64,000 nucleotides of DNA from an uncultured delta proteobacterium (GTDB taxonomy: Bacteria; Myxococcota_A; Polyangia; Fen-1088), in the NCBI GenBank assembly GCA_963796685.1, contig CAWCMR010000013.1, positions 32,001-96,000 on the forward strand. The letters are read 5' to 3'. Positions 41,379 to 52,911 of this stretch are shown piece by piece. The notes beneath the pieces are model-generated. The model saw only the letters and a program-made list of their open reading frames with translations. It was not told the DNA's origin and did not search any database. How positions within the stretch are numbered: position 1 is the first letter of the stretch; each line of letters begins with the position of its first letter. The translations under genes and the position numbers were made by a program.

Positions 41379-42865
41379 GATGCTGCCTCGATGATCTTCT
41401 TGAGAATGGCCTCGGGTTCGTGCACCGAACCGCCGGCGTGGGGAATGCTGACGACCTTGGTCCCGGGCTCGACCGCGCGCTGCAGCTCGATGACCATTTG
41501 GCCCATGTTGAGCTCGGGCATGATGAAGACCTTGGCCTGACCGCACAGCTCGTGAATGCGCGCGGCCGGGAACGGCCAGACGATACGAAGACGCAGGTGG
41601 CCGACCTTGAGCCCGCGCTGGCGCGCATCGTCGACCGCGCTCTTGGCGATGCGCGAGGTGATGCCGTAGGAAACGACGATGATGTCGGCATCGTCGATGT
41701 AGTCCTCCTGGATATCGACGAGATCGGCGGCGTGGTTTCGGATCTTGCCGATCAGACGTCGCACCAGCTTGTCCTGGGTGGCGCTGTTGAGGGACGGATA
41801 GCCGCGCTCGTCGTGGGTCAAGCCGGTGACGTGAATGCGGTAGCCCTCGCCGGCCTTGGTCATCTCGGGCACGAGATCGTCGGCCGTGGTCGCGTAGGCG
41901 CGGTACTCCGCCTTGGACTTGGTGGTGAACTTGCGCGGGACGACTTGGAGGGTGTCCGCCGCGGGGATCTCGACCCTCTCGACCATGTGCCCGACCACCT
42001 CGTCCATCATGAACATGACGGGGCAGCGGTAGAGCTCGGACAGGTTGAAGGCCTTGATCATGAGGTCGAAGCACTCCTGCGGCGAATTGGGAACCAGCGC
42101 GATGATCTCGTTGTCGCCATGGCTGCCCCAACGGGCCTGCATCATGTCGCTTTGCGCGGGCAGGGTGGGCAGACCGGTGGACGGTCCGCCGCGCTGAACG
42201 TCGACCCACACGCCTGGCGTCTCGGTCATCACGGCCAGGCCGATGTGCTCCATCATCAGGGAGAAGCCCGGTCCGCTGGTCACGCTGAGGGTCTTCTTGC
42301 CGCCCCAGGCGGCGCCTTGTACCGCGATGCTGGAAGCCAGCTCGTCTTCCATCTGGATGAAGACGCCGCCGACCATCGGGATGCGGCTGGCGAAGCGTTC
42401 GACGATTTCCGTGGACGGCGTGATGGGATACCCGGCGATGAAGCGGCATCCGGCGGCGATGGCGCCCTCGCACGCGCCGTGATTGCCATCGACGAAGTGG
42501 ATGCCGGTCAGCACGCCCTTGGGATCGGCCGAAACAGGAGTCTGACTACCCGCTTTATGCGCGGATGGCGGCGGCGTCGCGGGGACCGACAGGGGCAACC
42601 CCTTGGTCTTGCGCTCGTCGATGTCTTTCCAGCGCTCGCCGTAGATGGCGAAGTCCGGGCAGTAAAGCCCGCACAGGTCGCAACCCGTGCAAGCCTCGGG
42701 CGCGCTGAGAATCGGAAAGTGATATCCCTTGGGGTTGAATTCCTTGGAGAAGGTCAGACAGTCCGTGGGGCAGAAATCGATGCAGAAGGAACACCCTTTG
42801 CAGATTTCCGTCCGGACGAAGACCGTGCCCTTGCCCGTTCGCTGTTCGTTGATGGCGTCACTCAT
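41375..42865 (-). CDS. korA: 2-oxoacid:ferredoxin oxidoreductase alpha subunit with an N-terminal 2[4Fe-4S] (delta-like) fusion
   Basis: CKGCSFC..CP and CTGCDLC..CP, then GYPITPS, QMEDE, TSGPGFSLM, QRGGPSTG. Confidence 0.9.
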   Translation of the reverse strand: MSDAINEQRTGKGTVFVRTEICKGCSFCIDFCPTDCLTFSKEFNPKGYHFPILSAPEACTGCDLCGLYCPDFAIYGERWKDIDERKTKGLPLSVPATPPPSAHKAGSQTPVSADPKGVLTGIHFVDGNHGACEGAIAAGCRFIAGYPITPSTEIVERFASRIPMVGGVFIQMEDELASSIAVQGAAWGGKKTLSVTSGPGFSLMMEHIGLAVMTETPGVWVDVQRGGPSTGLPTLPAQSDMMQARWGSHGDNEIIALVPNSPQECFDLMIKAFNLSELYRCPVMFMMDEVVGHMVERVEIPAADTLQVVPRKFTTKSKAEYRAYATTADDLVPEMTKAGEGYRIHVTGLTHDERGYPSLNSATQDKLVRRLIGKIRNHAADLVDIQEDYIDDADIIVVSYGITSRIAKSAVDDARQRGLKVGHLRLRIVWPFPAARIHELCGQAKVFIMPELNMGQMVIELQRAVEPGTKVVSIPHAGGSVHEPEAILKKIIEAAS

Positions 42866-43097
42866 GGGACCCTTCTTTCAGGCAAATCTGAACGCAGTTC
42901 TTAGCACATTCGCATCCACTTCGCAGCAAAAGAGGACTATGTAGGTCGAAATTACATCTGGATGCGGTGTGGGCCGTGACGACGCGACTGGAAGACGACA
43001 GCGTGGGGAAGCGTCGGGCAAGGTAGGTGGGAAAACAAGACTCGCGGCTCGATATTTTGTGGTGACCGCACGCTTCCGCATGCTAAGAGAAACCGTC

Positions 43098-43763
43098 ATG
43101 GCAGCGTTTTGGTCCTTCCTTCGTTCCACGATCGGGCTGAAGGTGCAGATGGCGGTGTCGGGATTCATCCTCTTCGGATTCTGCGTCGAGCACCTGGTCG
43201 GCATGATGCTGTTCTTCAAGGGGCCGGGTACCATCAACGGGTACGGGAATCTGCTCCGCTATTCCCCGGCCGCCTTGTGGACGGCGCGAACGGTGATCCT
43301 CGTCGCCGTGATCGTCCACATCTGGACCGCGACGGTCCTGGTTCTGCGCCAGTGGGCCGCGCGGCCAGTGGGCTATCAGCAGAAACACGCGCGGACGCAC
43401 GCCTACGCCGCACGCACCATGAAGTACTCCGGGCCTCTCGTGCTGGCGTTCGTCCTCTTTCATCTCGCCCATTTTACCTGGGGCATGAACGTGACCCCGG
43501 CGCCATACGTCGAAGGCGATGTCTACGCCAACATCGCAAACAGTTTTCAGTTCGGATGGGTCGTGCTCGTCTACGTGCTGGGAACGAGCTTGGTCGGGCT
43601 GCACTTGTTGCACGGCGGACACAGCATGTTCGAGTCGCTGGGCCTGCGGCATCCGCGCTTCGACGGCCTGATTCGCACCGTGGTGGGCGGCGCAACCCTG
43701 GTGCTGGTGGCGGGATTCGTGTTCCTTCCCTGCGCCATTTTCTTCAAGCTGGTGGGGGGCTAG
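43098..43763 (+). CDS. sdhC: Succinate dehydrogenase/fumarate reductase cytochrome b subunit
   Basis: STIGLK..MAVSG, conserved His residues, five TM helices; precedes sdhA. Confidence 0.88.
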   Translation: MAAFWSFLRSTIGLKVQMAVSGFILFGFCVEHLVGMMLFFKGPGTINGYGNLLRYSPAALWTARTVILVAVIVHIWTATVLVLRQWAARPVGYQQKHARTHAYAARTMKYSGPLVLAFVLFHLAHFTWGMNVTPAPYVEGDVYANIANSFQFGWVVLVYVLGTSLVGLHLLHGGHSMFESLGLRHPRFDGLIRTVVGGATLVLVAGFVFLPCAIFFKLVGG

Positions 43764-43768
43764 ACGCC

Positions 43769-45678
<1,910 letters not shown>

Positions 45679-45682
<4 letters not shown>

Positions 45683-46461
45683 GTCCCATGAATCTCGTGT
45701 TGATGGTATGGCGCCAAGAGAGCCCCAAGGCCGAGGGGCGCTTGCAGCGTATCGAGGCCAAGGATATCAGTGCGGAGATGTCCTTTTTGGAGATGCTGGA
45801 CGTCGTGAACGAGCGCCTCATGCTCGCGGGTGAACGGCCCATCGCCTTCGACCATGACTGTCGCGAGGGCATCTGCGGTACCTGCGGGGTGGTCATCAAC
45901 GGCATTCCCCACGGACCGCGGCCCGGGACCACGACCTGTCAGCTTCACATGCGCCAGTTCCACGACGGCCAGACCATCGTCATCGAGCCCTACCGGGCCA
46001 AGCCGTTCCCGGTCTTGCGCGACCTCATCGTGGACCGGTCTTCCCTCGACCGGATCATGGCGGCGGGCGGCTTCATCAGCGCGTCTACCGGGGCCGCTCC
46101 CGACGGGAATGCCGTCCCCGTGGCCAAGGCCAAGGCCGACGCGGCCATGGACGCTGCGGCTTGTATCGGGTGCGGGGCCTGCGTCGCCGCCTGTCCGAAT
46201 GCCTCGGCCATGCTCTTCGCCGGGGCCAAGATCTCGCACCTCGGGCTTCTGCCCCAGGGACAGCCCGAGCGCTGGACGCGGGCGGAGAACATGGTCGCGG
46301 CCATGGACCACGAAGGCTTTGGACCGTGCACCAACATCACCGAGTGTTCCGCGGTGTGTCCCAAGGAGATTGACGTCAGCGTCATCGCCCGGATGAATAG
46401 AGACCGAATTGGTGCGATTTTTCTAGTAGCCAGGCGCTCGCTGGCGTCGGATAATGTTTAG
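45679..46461 (+). CDS. sdhB: Succinate dehydrogenase/fumarate reductase iron-sulfur subunit
   Basis: [30 protein letters not shown]. Confidence 0.95.
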
Positions 46462-46520
46462 GTAGGGGCGGTCGCGATTTTCGGAGCCGCCTTGGCTGAA
46501 TTCGATGCCTGGGGGTGACC

Positions 46521-47276
46521 ATGACGTCCTGTACGACGTGCGCGAAAGATTTTCCGAAGGAGTACAAGTACTGTCCGCTGTGCGGCGTACCTTTCGTCAA
46601 CACGAATGACCCGCGCTACTGGGGACGCAAGGCTCTGACCTCGCGGCTCGAGGGTGAGGATCTCTCGGTCTCCATCGAGGCACTCAAGAAGGCCTGCGAG
46701 CTGGCTCCCGACAACGCCCACCTCATGTCCGGGCTCGGCAATCTCTACTACCGGGCGGGCGAGCTGGAGCTTTCCATCGAGAGTCTCAAGAAGGCCATCG
46801 CCATGCAACCGGACTATCCGGATGCGCATTACGACCTGGCCCTGTCCTACTACCGGACCGGGCAAATCAACCTGGCCATCAAGTCGCTGGAAAAGTGCGT
46901 CGAGCTGAGCCGCGACTACCTGGCGGCCTATTATTGGCTGGGCATCAGCTACTACCATGTCGGCAAGGAGGTGGAGGCCATCGCCGCTTTCCGCCACCTG
47001 CTGGCTCTCAACCCGGCGTCGGTGATCGCCAACTACCACCTGGGCGTAAGCTACGCCGCTCTGGGGAAGTACGACGAGGCCATCGCGAACTTCAAGCGGG
47101 TGATCGAAATCTGCCCCGACGACCAGGCCGCCGCCTACCACCTGGGCATGGCCTACTACAACGCCCAGAAGGTCGGCGAGGCGACCAGCGTGTTTCGCAA
47201 TGCGGTCCAGCGCGACCCGGAGGACCGCCGCGCGATGAACATGTACGAGATGCTCACCGAGGTGCCGAGCATCTGA
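46521..47276 (+). CDS. Zinc-ribbon + TPR repeat protein
   Basis: CTTC..CPLCG followed by about five TPR repeats. Confidence 0.85.
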   Translation: MTSCTTCAKDFPKEYKYCPLCGVPFVNTNDPRYWGRKALTSRLEGEDLSVSIEALKKACELAPDNAHLMSGLGNLYYRAGELELSIESLKKAIAMQPDYPDAHYDLALSYYRTGQINLAIKSLEKCVELSRDYLAAYYWLGISYYHVGKEVEAIAAFRHLLALNPASVIANYHLGVSYAALGKYDEAIANFKRVIEICPDDQAAAYHLGMAYYNAQKVGEATSVFRNAVQRDPEDRRAMNMYEMLTEVPSI

Positions 47277-47351
47277 GGCGAGGCCGGGGAGCGCTGGCGC
47301 GCCGACGCGTTGACCGCACGAACGGATCGGGACTAAGCTCCGAGCTCGAAC

Positions 47352-47978
47352 ATGGCGACTGTCACGTCATCCGTCGAGGTCATTCACGGCGCGCTGGCCA
47401 ATGCGCACCTGCTCGACGCCAAGGTGCAGGTGCTGCGGCAGCGGTTTCCGAGAAGCATCATCGATCGCTACCTGGAGTCGATTCCGCAGCTCGCGGACGG
47501 GGTTCTCCTGGCCCCAGGGGCGGCGGTGGTGGGCGACGTGCGATTGGGGAAGGATGTGTCGTTCTGGTATGGCAGCGTCGCGCGCGGCGATCTCGCGCCC
47601 GTCATCGTGGGGGATCGTTCGAATATTCAGGACGGCAGCGTGATGCACGTCGCGGACAACACGCCTTGCGTGGTGGGCTGCGACGTAGTGGTCGGACATC
47701 GCGTGATGTTGCACGCGTGTCGGGTGGAGGATGCCTGCCTCATCGGCATGCAGGCGACGCTGCTCGACGACTGTGTGATCGGCGAAGGCTCCATCGTTGG
47801 CGCCGGGGCCTTGGTCACCCAGCGCATGGTGATCCCGCCGCACAGCCTGGTGCTGGGCGCACCCGCCAGCGTGGTGCGCACGCTTTCGGCGGCGAAGGCC
47901 GACGAGCACCGCGCCCTGGCCGCGAAATACATGCGCGTGAAGGAAAACTACCTGCGCGACAGTTTGCGGCGGGGGTAG
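47352..47978 (+). CDS. Gamma-class carbonic anhydrase family protein
   Basis: VVGDV, RGD, SNIQDG..H, VGHRVMLH hexapeptide pattern. Confidence 0.9.
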   Translation: MATVTSSVEVIHGALANAHLLDAKVQVLRQRFPRSIIDRYLESIPQLADGVLLAPGAAVVGDVRLGKDVSFWYGSVARGDLAPVIVGDRSNIQDGSVMHVADNTPCVVGCDVVVGHRVMLHACRVEDACLIGMQATLLDDCVIGEGSIVGAGALVTQRMVIPPHSLVLGAPASVVRTLSAAKADEHRALAAKYMRVKENYLRDSLRRG

Positions 47979-48007
47979 GCCGGGCTTTCGCCTGGACACC
48001 GGGGACG

Positions 48008-48634
48008 CTAGGCGCTTAGCTTGGCGCCGATCTTGGTGGCGTGCGTGCCTTGGAAGCGGGCGGCGGCCAGCTCATTCTCGCTCGGCATGCGTTCGCCCTT
48101 CCCGCCGCTGATGGTGCTCGCGCCGTAGGGCGAGCCACCGGTGATCTCGTCGATGCGCATCTGTCCGGCAAAGCTGTAGGGCAGGCCCACCACAACCATC
48201 CCATGATGGAGCAGGGTGGTGTGAAGACCGAGAATGGTGGACTCCTGGCCACCGTGTTGCGTGGCCGAGCTGGTAAGCACGCTGCCCACCTTGCCGACCA
48301 GCTTGCCGGTGGCCCACAACTCACCTGTGGCATCGAGGAACGCGCGCATCTGCGCGGCCACGGTGCCGAAGCGGGTGGGCGCGCCGAACAGGATGACGTC
48401 TGCGCTCGCCAGGTCGTCGATGGTGGCGACGGGAACGTGGGCGAAGGCGCCCTGGGCGGCCTTGGCCCCCATCTTTTCCAGCACGTCGTCCGGTAGGGTT
48501 TCAGGAACGCGCTTCACCACCACGTTGGCACCGGGCACGGAACGAGCGCCTTCGGCCGCAGCCTCGGCCATCCTGTAGATGTGTCCGTAGGTCGAATAGA
48601 ACAGGACGAGAACGTTGGTCTTTGCATCAGCCAT
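48008..48634 (-). CDS. wrbA: NAD(P)H:quinone oxidoreductase WrbA
   Basis: YSTYGH, PTRFG, TQHGGQE, GGSPYGA. Confidence 0.95.
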   Translation of the reverse strand: MADAKTNVLVLFYSTYGHIYRMAEAAAEGARSVPGANVVVKRVPETLPDDVLEKMGAKAAQGAFAHVPVATIDDLASADVILFGAPTRFGTVAAQMRAFLDATGELWATGKLVGKVGSVLTSSATQHGGQESTILGLHTTLLHHGMVVVGLPYSFAGQMRIDEITGGSPYGASTISGGKGERMPSENELAAARFQGTHATKIGAKLSA

Positions 48635-49103
48635 GGGATCTCCTTGCGACTGGGGTTCGATTTTGTGTGCCGAGGGTGCGGCACAGCCGACGCAGGGTCG
48701 CCTGCTCGGCCGGGGAAAGAATTCCAAAGTGGTCGACGATGGTCGTCAGGTGGCGCGGAAAGACCGCCTCGATGTGCTTGCGCCCGGCCGGTGTCAGCGC
48801 CACGGTCACGAGGCGACGGTCGGAGGTGCTGCGCGTACGGGTCACGAGCCCGCGCTCTTCCAGGTTGTCCACCACGATCGTCACGTTGCCACCCGAAACC
48901 AGGAGCTTGTGCGCCAGCTCCTTCTGGCAGAGCGGCCCCAAGTGCAAGAGCGTTTCGAGGATGCCGAACTGGCTCGCGGTCAAGTCGTGGCGGGACAGCC
49001 CCTGCGAAAGCCGTGCCGTCAGCGAGTCCGCGGCCCGCATCAAGGTGATGAAGGCGTCGAGAGCCCGCTTCTCCTTGTCGGTTCCTTGGTGGTGGGTTGC
49101 CAT
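48627..49103 (-). CDS. MarR family regulator (MhqR-like)
   Basis: [26 protein letters not shown]; overlaps the wrbA start. Confidence 0.9.
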   Translation of the reverse strand: MATHHQGTDKEKRALDAFITLMRAADSLTARLSQGLSRHDLTASQFGILETLLHLGPLCQKELAHKLLVSGGNVTIVVDNLEERGLVTRTRSTSDRRLVTVALTPAGRKHIEAVFPRHLTTIVDHFGILSPAEQATLRRLCRTLGTQNRTPVARRSHG

Positions 49104-49116
49104 CGTTGCTACCTGA

Positions 49117-49136
49117 ATGATTCGAACTTGAACAAT
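49117..49136. promoter_or_regulatory. Candidate MarR operator
   Basis: Imperfect palindrome ATGATTCGAACTTGAACAAT just upstream of the marR start. Confidence 0.35.
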
Positions 49137-49320
49137 TAGATGTCGACCGAAGCCGAAGGTTACCAACGCTGCTATTCGGCGAGCGGGCAGGGGGTATCGG
49201 GCGCCTGACCGCGCCCGACACCTGGACGAAGGCTTGTGGGAACGTCGGTGCCGGCGGCTGCGTGTCTCGCTTCCTTCCTTCCGCGGCCGAACGCGTCTAC
49301 ACTGGCGAGGGAGGCCTTCC

Positions 49321-50829
49321 ATGTCCTACGCGGCTCTGGTGAAACATCATCGAACGCTCTTCCACCTTGGTCATGTCGATGCCATGGCCTCATGGGACGA
49401 GGCCACCATGATGCCCATCGGAGGAGGGGAGGCCCGAGGCGAGGCGCTGTCCACACTTCGCGGAATCATTCACCAGCAGGCGACCCATGAAAGGCTGGCC
49501 GAGTTGTTCGCAGCTGCGGCCAAAGAAGCGGCAACGCTCTCCCCGTGGCAGCAGGCAAACCTGCGCTTGATGGAGCGGGAGTGGTTGCGCGCGACTGCAT
49601 TGTCGCAGGGCTTGGTCGAAGCGATGTCGAGTGCGGAATCACGCAGCGAACAGGCGTGGCGGCAGCTTGGGCCGGACAATGACTTTGCCCGATTCTTGCC
49701 ATTTTTCCGTGAAGTCGTGCGGCTGAAGCGAGAAGCGGCACAAGCCTTGGGCGAGAGACTGGCCGTCAGTCCCTACGACGCTCTTCTCGACGCATTCGAG
49801 CCGGACGCGCGGGCCGCATCGATCGCGCCATTGCTCGCTCGGCTGCGCGCCTTTCTTCCTGGCTTCATCGCCAGGGCCGTGGAACGACAGTCTTGCGAGC
49901 CTGGCATTGCCAGCGAAGGGCCATTTCCAGAGGATCGCCAACATCGGCTGGCGCTGCACCTTATGCGTCGAGTGGGGTTCGATTTTGACCGTGGGCGTTT
50001 GGACGCCGCTCCGTCCCCGTTCTGCAGCAACGTGCCCACGGATGTCCGCATTGCCGTGCACTACAATGTCAATGATTACACCGAGGCCGTGATGGGGGTA
50101 ATGCACGAATGCGGCCATGCCAAGTACCAGCAGAATCTGCCGCCCGACTGGCTCGATCAACCGGTCGGGTGCGTGCGCAGCGCCAGCCTTCACGAAGGGC
50201 AGAGCCTGCTGCACGAGATGCAAGTGGGGCGAAGTCGTGTCTTTCTTGAGTTCGTGGCACCGATCATCGCGGAAGCATTCCCAGCCGCGGTTGCGCGCGG
50301 TCGTGGGGCGTTCAATTGCGAGAATCTCTTCTTGCGACTGACGCGGGTCAAGCCCGGATTGATTCGTAGGAGTGCAGATGAAGCGACCTACCCGTGTCAC
50401 ATCATCTTGCGCTTCGAGATCGAGAAAGGACTCATCGACGGTTCGTTGCGGCCCGAAGATGTTCCCGAGGCCTGGGACGCGAGCATGCATGAGATGCTCG
50501 GGCTCTCGACACGGGGGAACGATCGCGATGGATGCCTGCAAGACGTTCATTGGCCGGCAGGTATGTTCGGCCTTTTTCCGGGCTACACGCTGGGCGCGCT
50601 GACGGCGGCCCAGATGTTCGCTGCCGTGAAGCGTGCCTACCCCGACCTGAACGAGCAGATCCGTTGCGGTGAGTTCGGCGCTCTCGACGACTGGCTTCGC
50701 CAACATGTCTGGAGCCTCGGGTCCTCTTTGGGCTCCACGGAGATCATCGAGCGTGCCACGGGAAGCGCACTCGGCACGGAGGCGTTCGAGCGACACTTGG
50801 AGCGGCGCTATATCCTGCGCGAGGGATAG
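49321..50829 (+). CDS. Carboxypeptidase, family M32
   Basis: HECGH, HEGQS, IRRSADE, GCLQDVHW, FPGYTLG; GGAGG RBS. Confidence 0.92.
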   Translation: MSYAALVKHHRTLFHLGHVDAMASWDEATMMPIGGGEARGEALSTLRGIIHQQATHERLAELFAAAAKEAATLSPWQQANLRLMEREWLRATALSQGLVEAMSSAESRSEQAWRQLGPDNDFARFLPFFREVVRLKREAAQALGERLAVSPYDALLDAFEPDARAASIAPLLARLRAFLPGFIARAVERQSCEPGIASEGPFPEDRQHRLALHLMRRVGFDFDRGRLDAAPSPFCSNVPTDVRIAVHYNVNDYTEAVMGVMHECGHAKYQQNLPPDWLDQPVGCVRSASLHEGQSLLHEMQVGRSRVFLEFVAPIIAEAFPAAVARGRGAFNCENLFLRLTRVKPGLIRRSADEATYPCHIILRFEIEKGLIDGSLRPEDVPEAWDASMHEMLGLSTRGNDRDGCLQDVHWPAGMFGLFPGYTLGALTAAQMFAAVKRAYPDLNEQIRCGEFGALDDWLRQHVWSLGSSLGSTEIIERATGSALGTEAFERHLERRYILREG

Positions 50830-50922
50830 CGCCCAGCCAAAGATACCGGCCGCTACTGGCCCTGCTCCCCTGGGTAGGTACCAGGTGGGTACCACCCCTG
50901 GTCACCTGGGCATCACCCCCCT

Positions 50923-51802
50923 TCTCTTCGTCCCAGGTCAGGGTCCGCGTGGCGCCCATGTACACGTTCCCGGTGTTGTTGCCGTTGCCGTCGTAACTGA
51001 CCACGTGGTCGTTGGCGCTGCCGGTTGACGACGTCTCTTTGATCTTCGAAGCCGCATGTGGACGTGTCCCGGCGTAGGTGTAGTCGAGCGTGTAGCTGTA
51101 GCTCGATACCGTGTGGTCGAAGCGATACCCATCCAGGGCCGCCAGGCCGGCGGGCGGATTCTGGTTGTCCCAGACCAGACGACGTTCGAGCTGCGACTTC
51201 TTCTGCAGGTTGGCGGTCTCGTCGTACTGGAAGGTGCTGGTGTAGTCGTACCCATACCCACGGTCCGGTCGGTATTCACCCGTTGCTCCCGTGAGCTGGT
51301 ACAGGTTGTCGTAGGTGTATTGCATCCGCATCGGTCCGGTTCGCACGCTGGCGTTCTGCCAAGTGTACACCGTGCTCGCGTTCTCGACCTTGGTGATGTT
51401 GCCCACCAGGTCGTAGTAGTAATGCATGGCGTGGAACGGGGTCGCGGGCTTGTGGAGCTGCCGTTCCTGCTGCCCAAGCGAGGCCGCGTTGATCGTTTGC
51501 AGCCGTCGGGTCAGCGGGTCGTAGCCGTATTTGCTCACGATGCCGTTGCCCGAGGTCATGATCCGACGCTGCTCGAACTCGTCGTAGCCCATGTGGTTGA
51601 GGTAGGCGAAGTCCTTTACGAACTCTGGGTGCTGCGGGTTCGTGGTCTGCTGGTGGCCGGTGATCCTGTCGATGTTGCCGCCCCGGTCGTAGAAGTACGA
51701 CACCAGCTCGCCTTCGCCGGCGATGTTCGCCCAGTTGTTATCGATCCAATTCGGGAAGGTCATGGTCTGCATGCGCCCGAACGAGTCGTAGCTGAACTTC
51801 AT
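50923..51802 (-). pseudogene. Orphan 880-bp duplicate of the RHS core segment
   Basis: Near-identical to 54062-54941 (MKFSYDSFG...LTWDEE), with scattered, mostly synonymous differences. Confidence 0.9.
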
Positions 51803-52000
51803 GCCGGTCAGGTTGTGGTGTCGGCGAGCGGGCAGCGGCGAGGCGACACTTGGCCGAATGTGACGGCTGCGTCGCCCGGCGGCGCTTTCCGTGCGCCGCT
51901 GATCGGGCGACTCCGCGAGCGCCGCTGCCCTGACTGTCACCTACTTCGACCGACCGAGGAAGTGGTACGCCTTCGGGAAGGAGACGGTGGCCGGCGAGCA

Positions 52001-52084
52001 AGCGACGGCACGGGCGGCCCGCGGGGCCGAGCACGGCCTCCGCGGCTATGTCCTTGTCCTATCGGACCAGTCGGGAAATAGTTG
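52001..52084. repeat. 84-bp imperfect direct repeat, copy A
   Basis: AGCGACGGCACGGGC..TTGTCCTATCGGACCAG..ATAGTTG matches 52454-52537. Confidence 0.8.
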
Positions 52085-52453
52085 CGTGGAAACTTCGTGG
52101 CACATAGCACAGACGTTCGCCACTGCACCCGTGCTGCAGCCGGATGGGCAAAAGTCCCCATTGGCCGCCGCCAGCAGGAAACTACGCATGTCATTTCGCC
52201 CCGGCGCACTTGACTTGATCATGACAGACGCAGGGAAGACCAGGGGAAGACCCTGGAGCCTTCACGCCGAATATCGATCTCGGCAACCCATTTCTCGTTG
52301 CCAGCGCAACCCATGGCCGCAGGCGCGCGCGAGCAAGGCCCGTGATGCGGTGACCGCGGCACGATCGTGGCGCTGTTTGCTCCACCACCCCGATGGAGCG
52401 GGACGCCCGTGCGGTCGCGGCGTGAAGAAATGCTCGGACCTAGTTGATGATGG

Positions 52454-52537
52454 AGCGACGGCACGGGCAGCCCGCGGGGCTAGGGCACGGCCACCGTGGC
52501 CATGTTTTTGTCCTATCGGACCAGCCGAAGATAGTTG
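52454..52537. repeat. 84-bp imperfect direct repeat, copy B
   Basis: Matches 52001-52084; begins 17 bp after the immunity gene stop. Confidence 0.8.
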
Positions 52538-52554
52538 TGAAAAACTACCCTCTG

Positions 52555-52911
52555 TCAGGAATCACGACTTCGACACCCCCGTAGCCGTTGCAACAGGAAG
52601 GCCATATGCTGGTCCGTCAGTTCCCCGTTTATCTCGGGATTAGCGATCTGGAACACGATCTCTTTGAGGGTATCCGACTGCGCAATGTCGTCTCTGCCTT
52701 CGACTATTTCTGCCCAGTCCCTGAGCTCGGCCAACGAAATGCGTCCACTAGCAGCCATCATCAATGCTCGCTCCACATCGCCAGAAGCAAGCACCACAAT
52801 CTCGTGCTCGGCGTCCCAGTCGAATGCAGAGAGCTCTTGCCGTATCTGGCTTATGCTGCGGCTCAGAGAAAGAAGAGCATTGAGAACTTCCTCTCGACTC
52901 TTGTTCGTCAT
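52555..52911 (-). CDS. Probable cognate immunity protein (118 aa)
   Basis: ATGA overlap with the toxin stop; small, acidic, low GC; LRDWAEIVEGRDDI, IFQIANPEING. Confidence 0.75.
   Translation of the reverse strand: MTNKSREEVLNALLSLSRSISQIRQELSAFDWDAEHEIVVLASGDVERALMMAASGRISLAELRDWAEIVEGRDDIAQSDTLKEIVFQIANPEINGELTDQHMAFLLQRLRGCRSRDS

Noticed and set aside
42939-42957. ATGTA-N9-TACAT dyad between kor and sdh
   Set aside because: Too short to distinguish from chance; no second copy recognised
50872-50897. GGTACC-containing hairpin at the orphan RHS boundary as an IS end
   Set aside because: No matching partner end, target duplication or transposase
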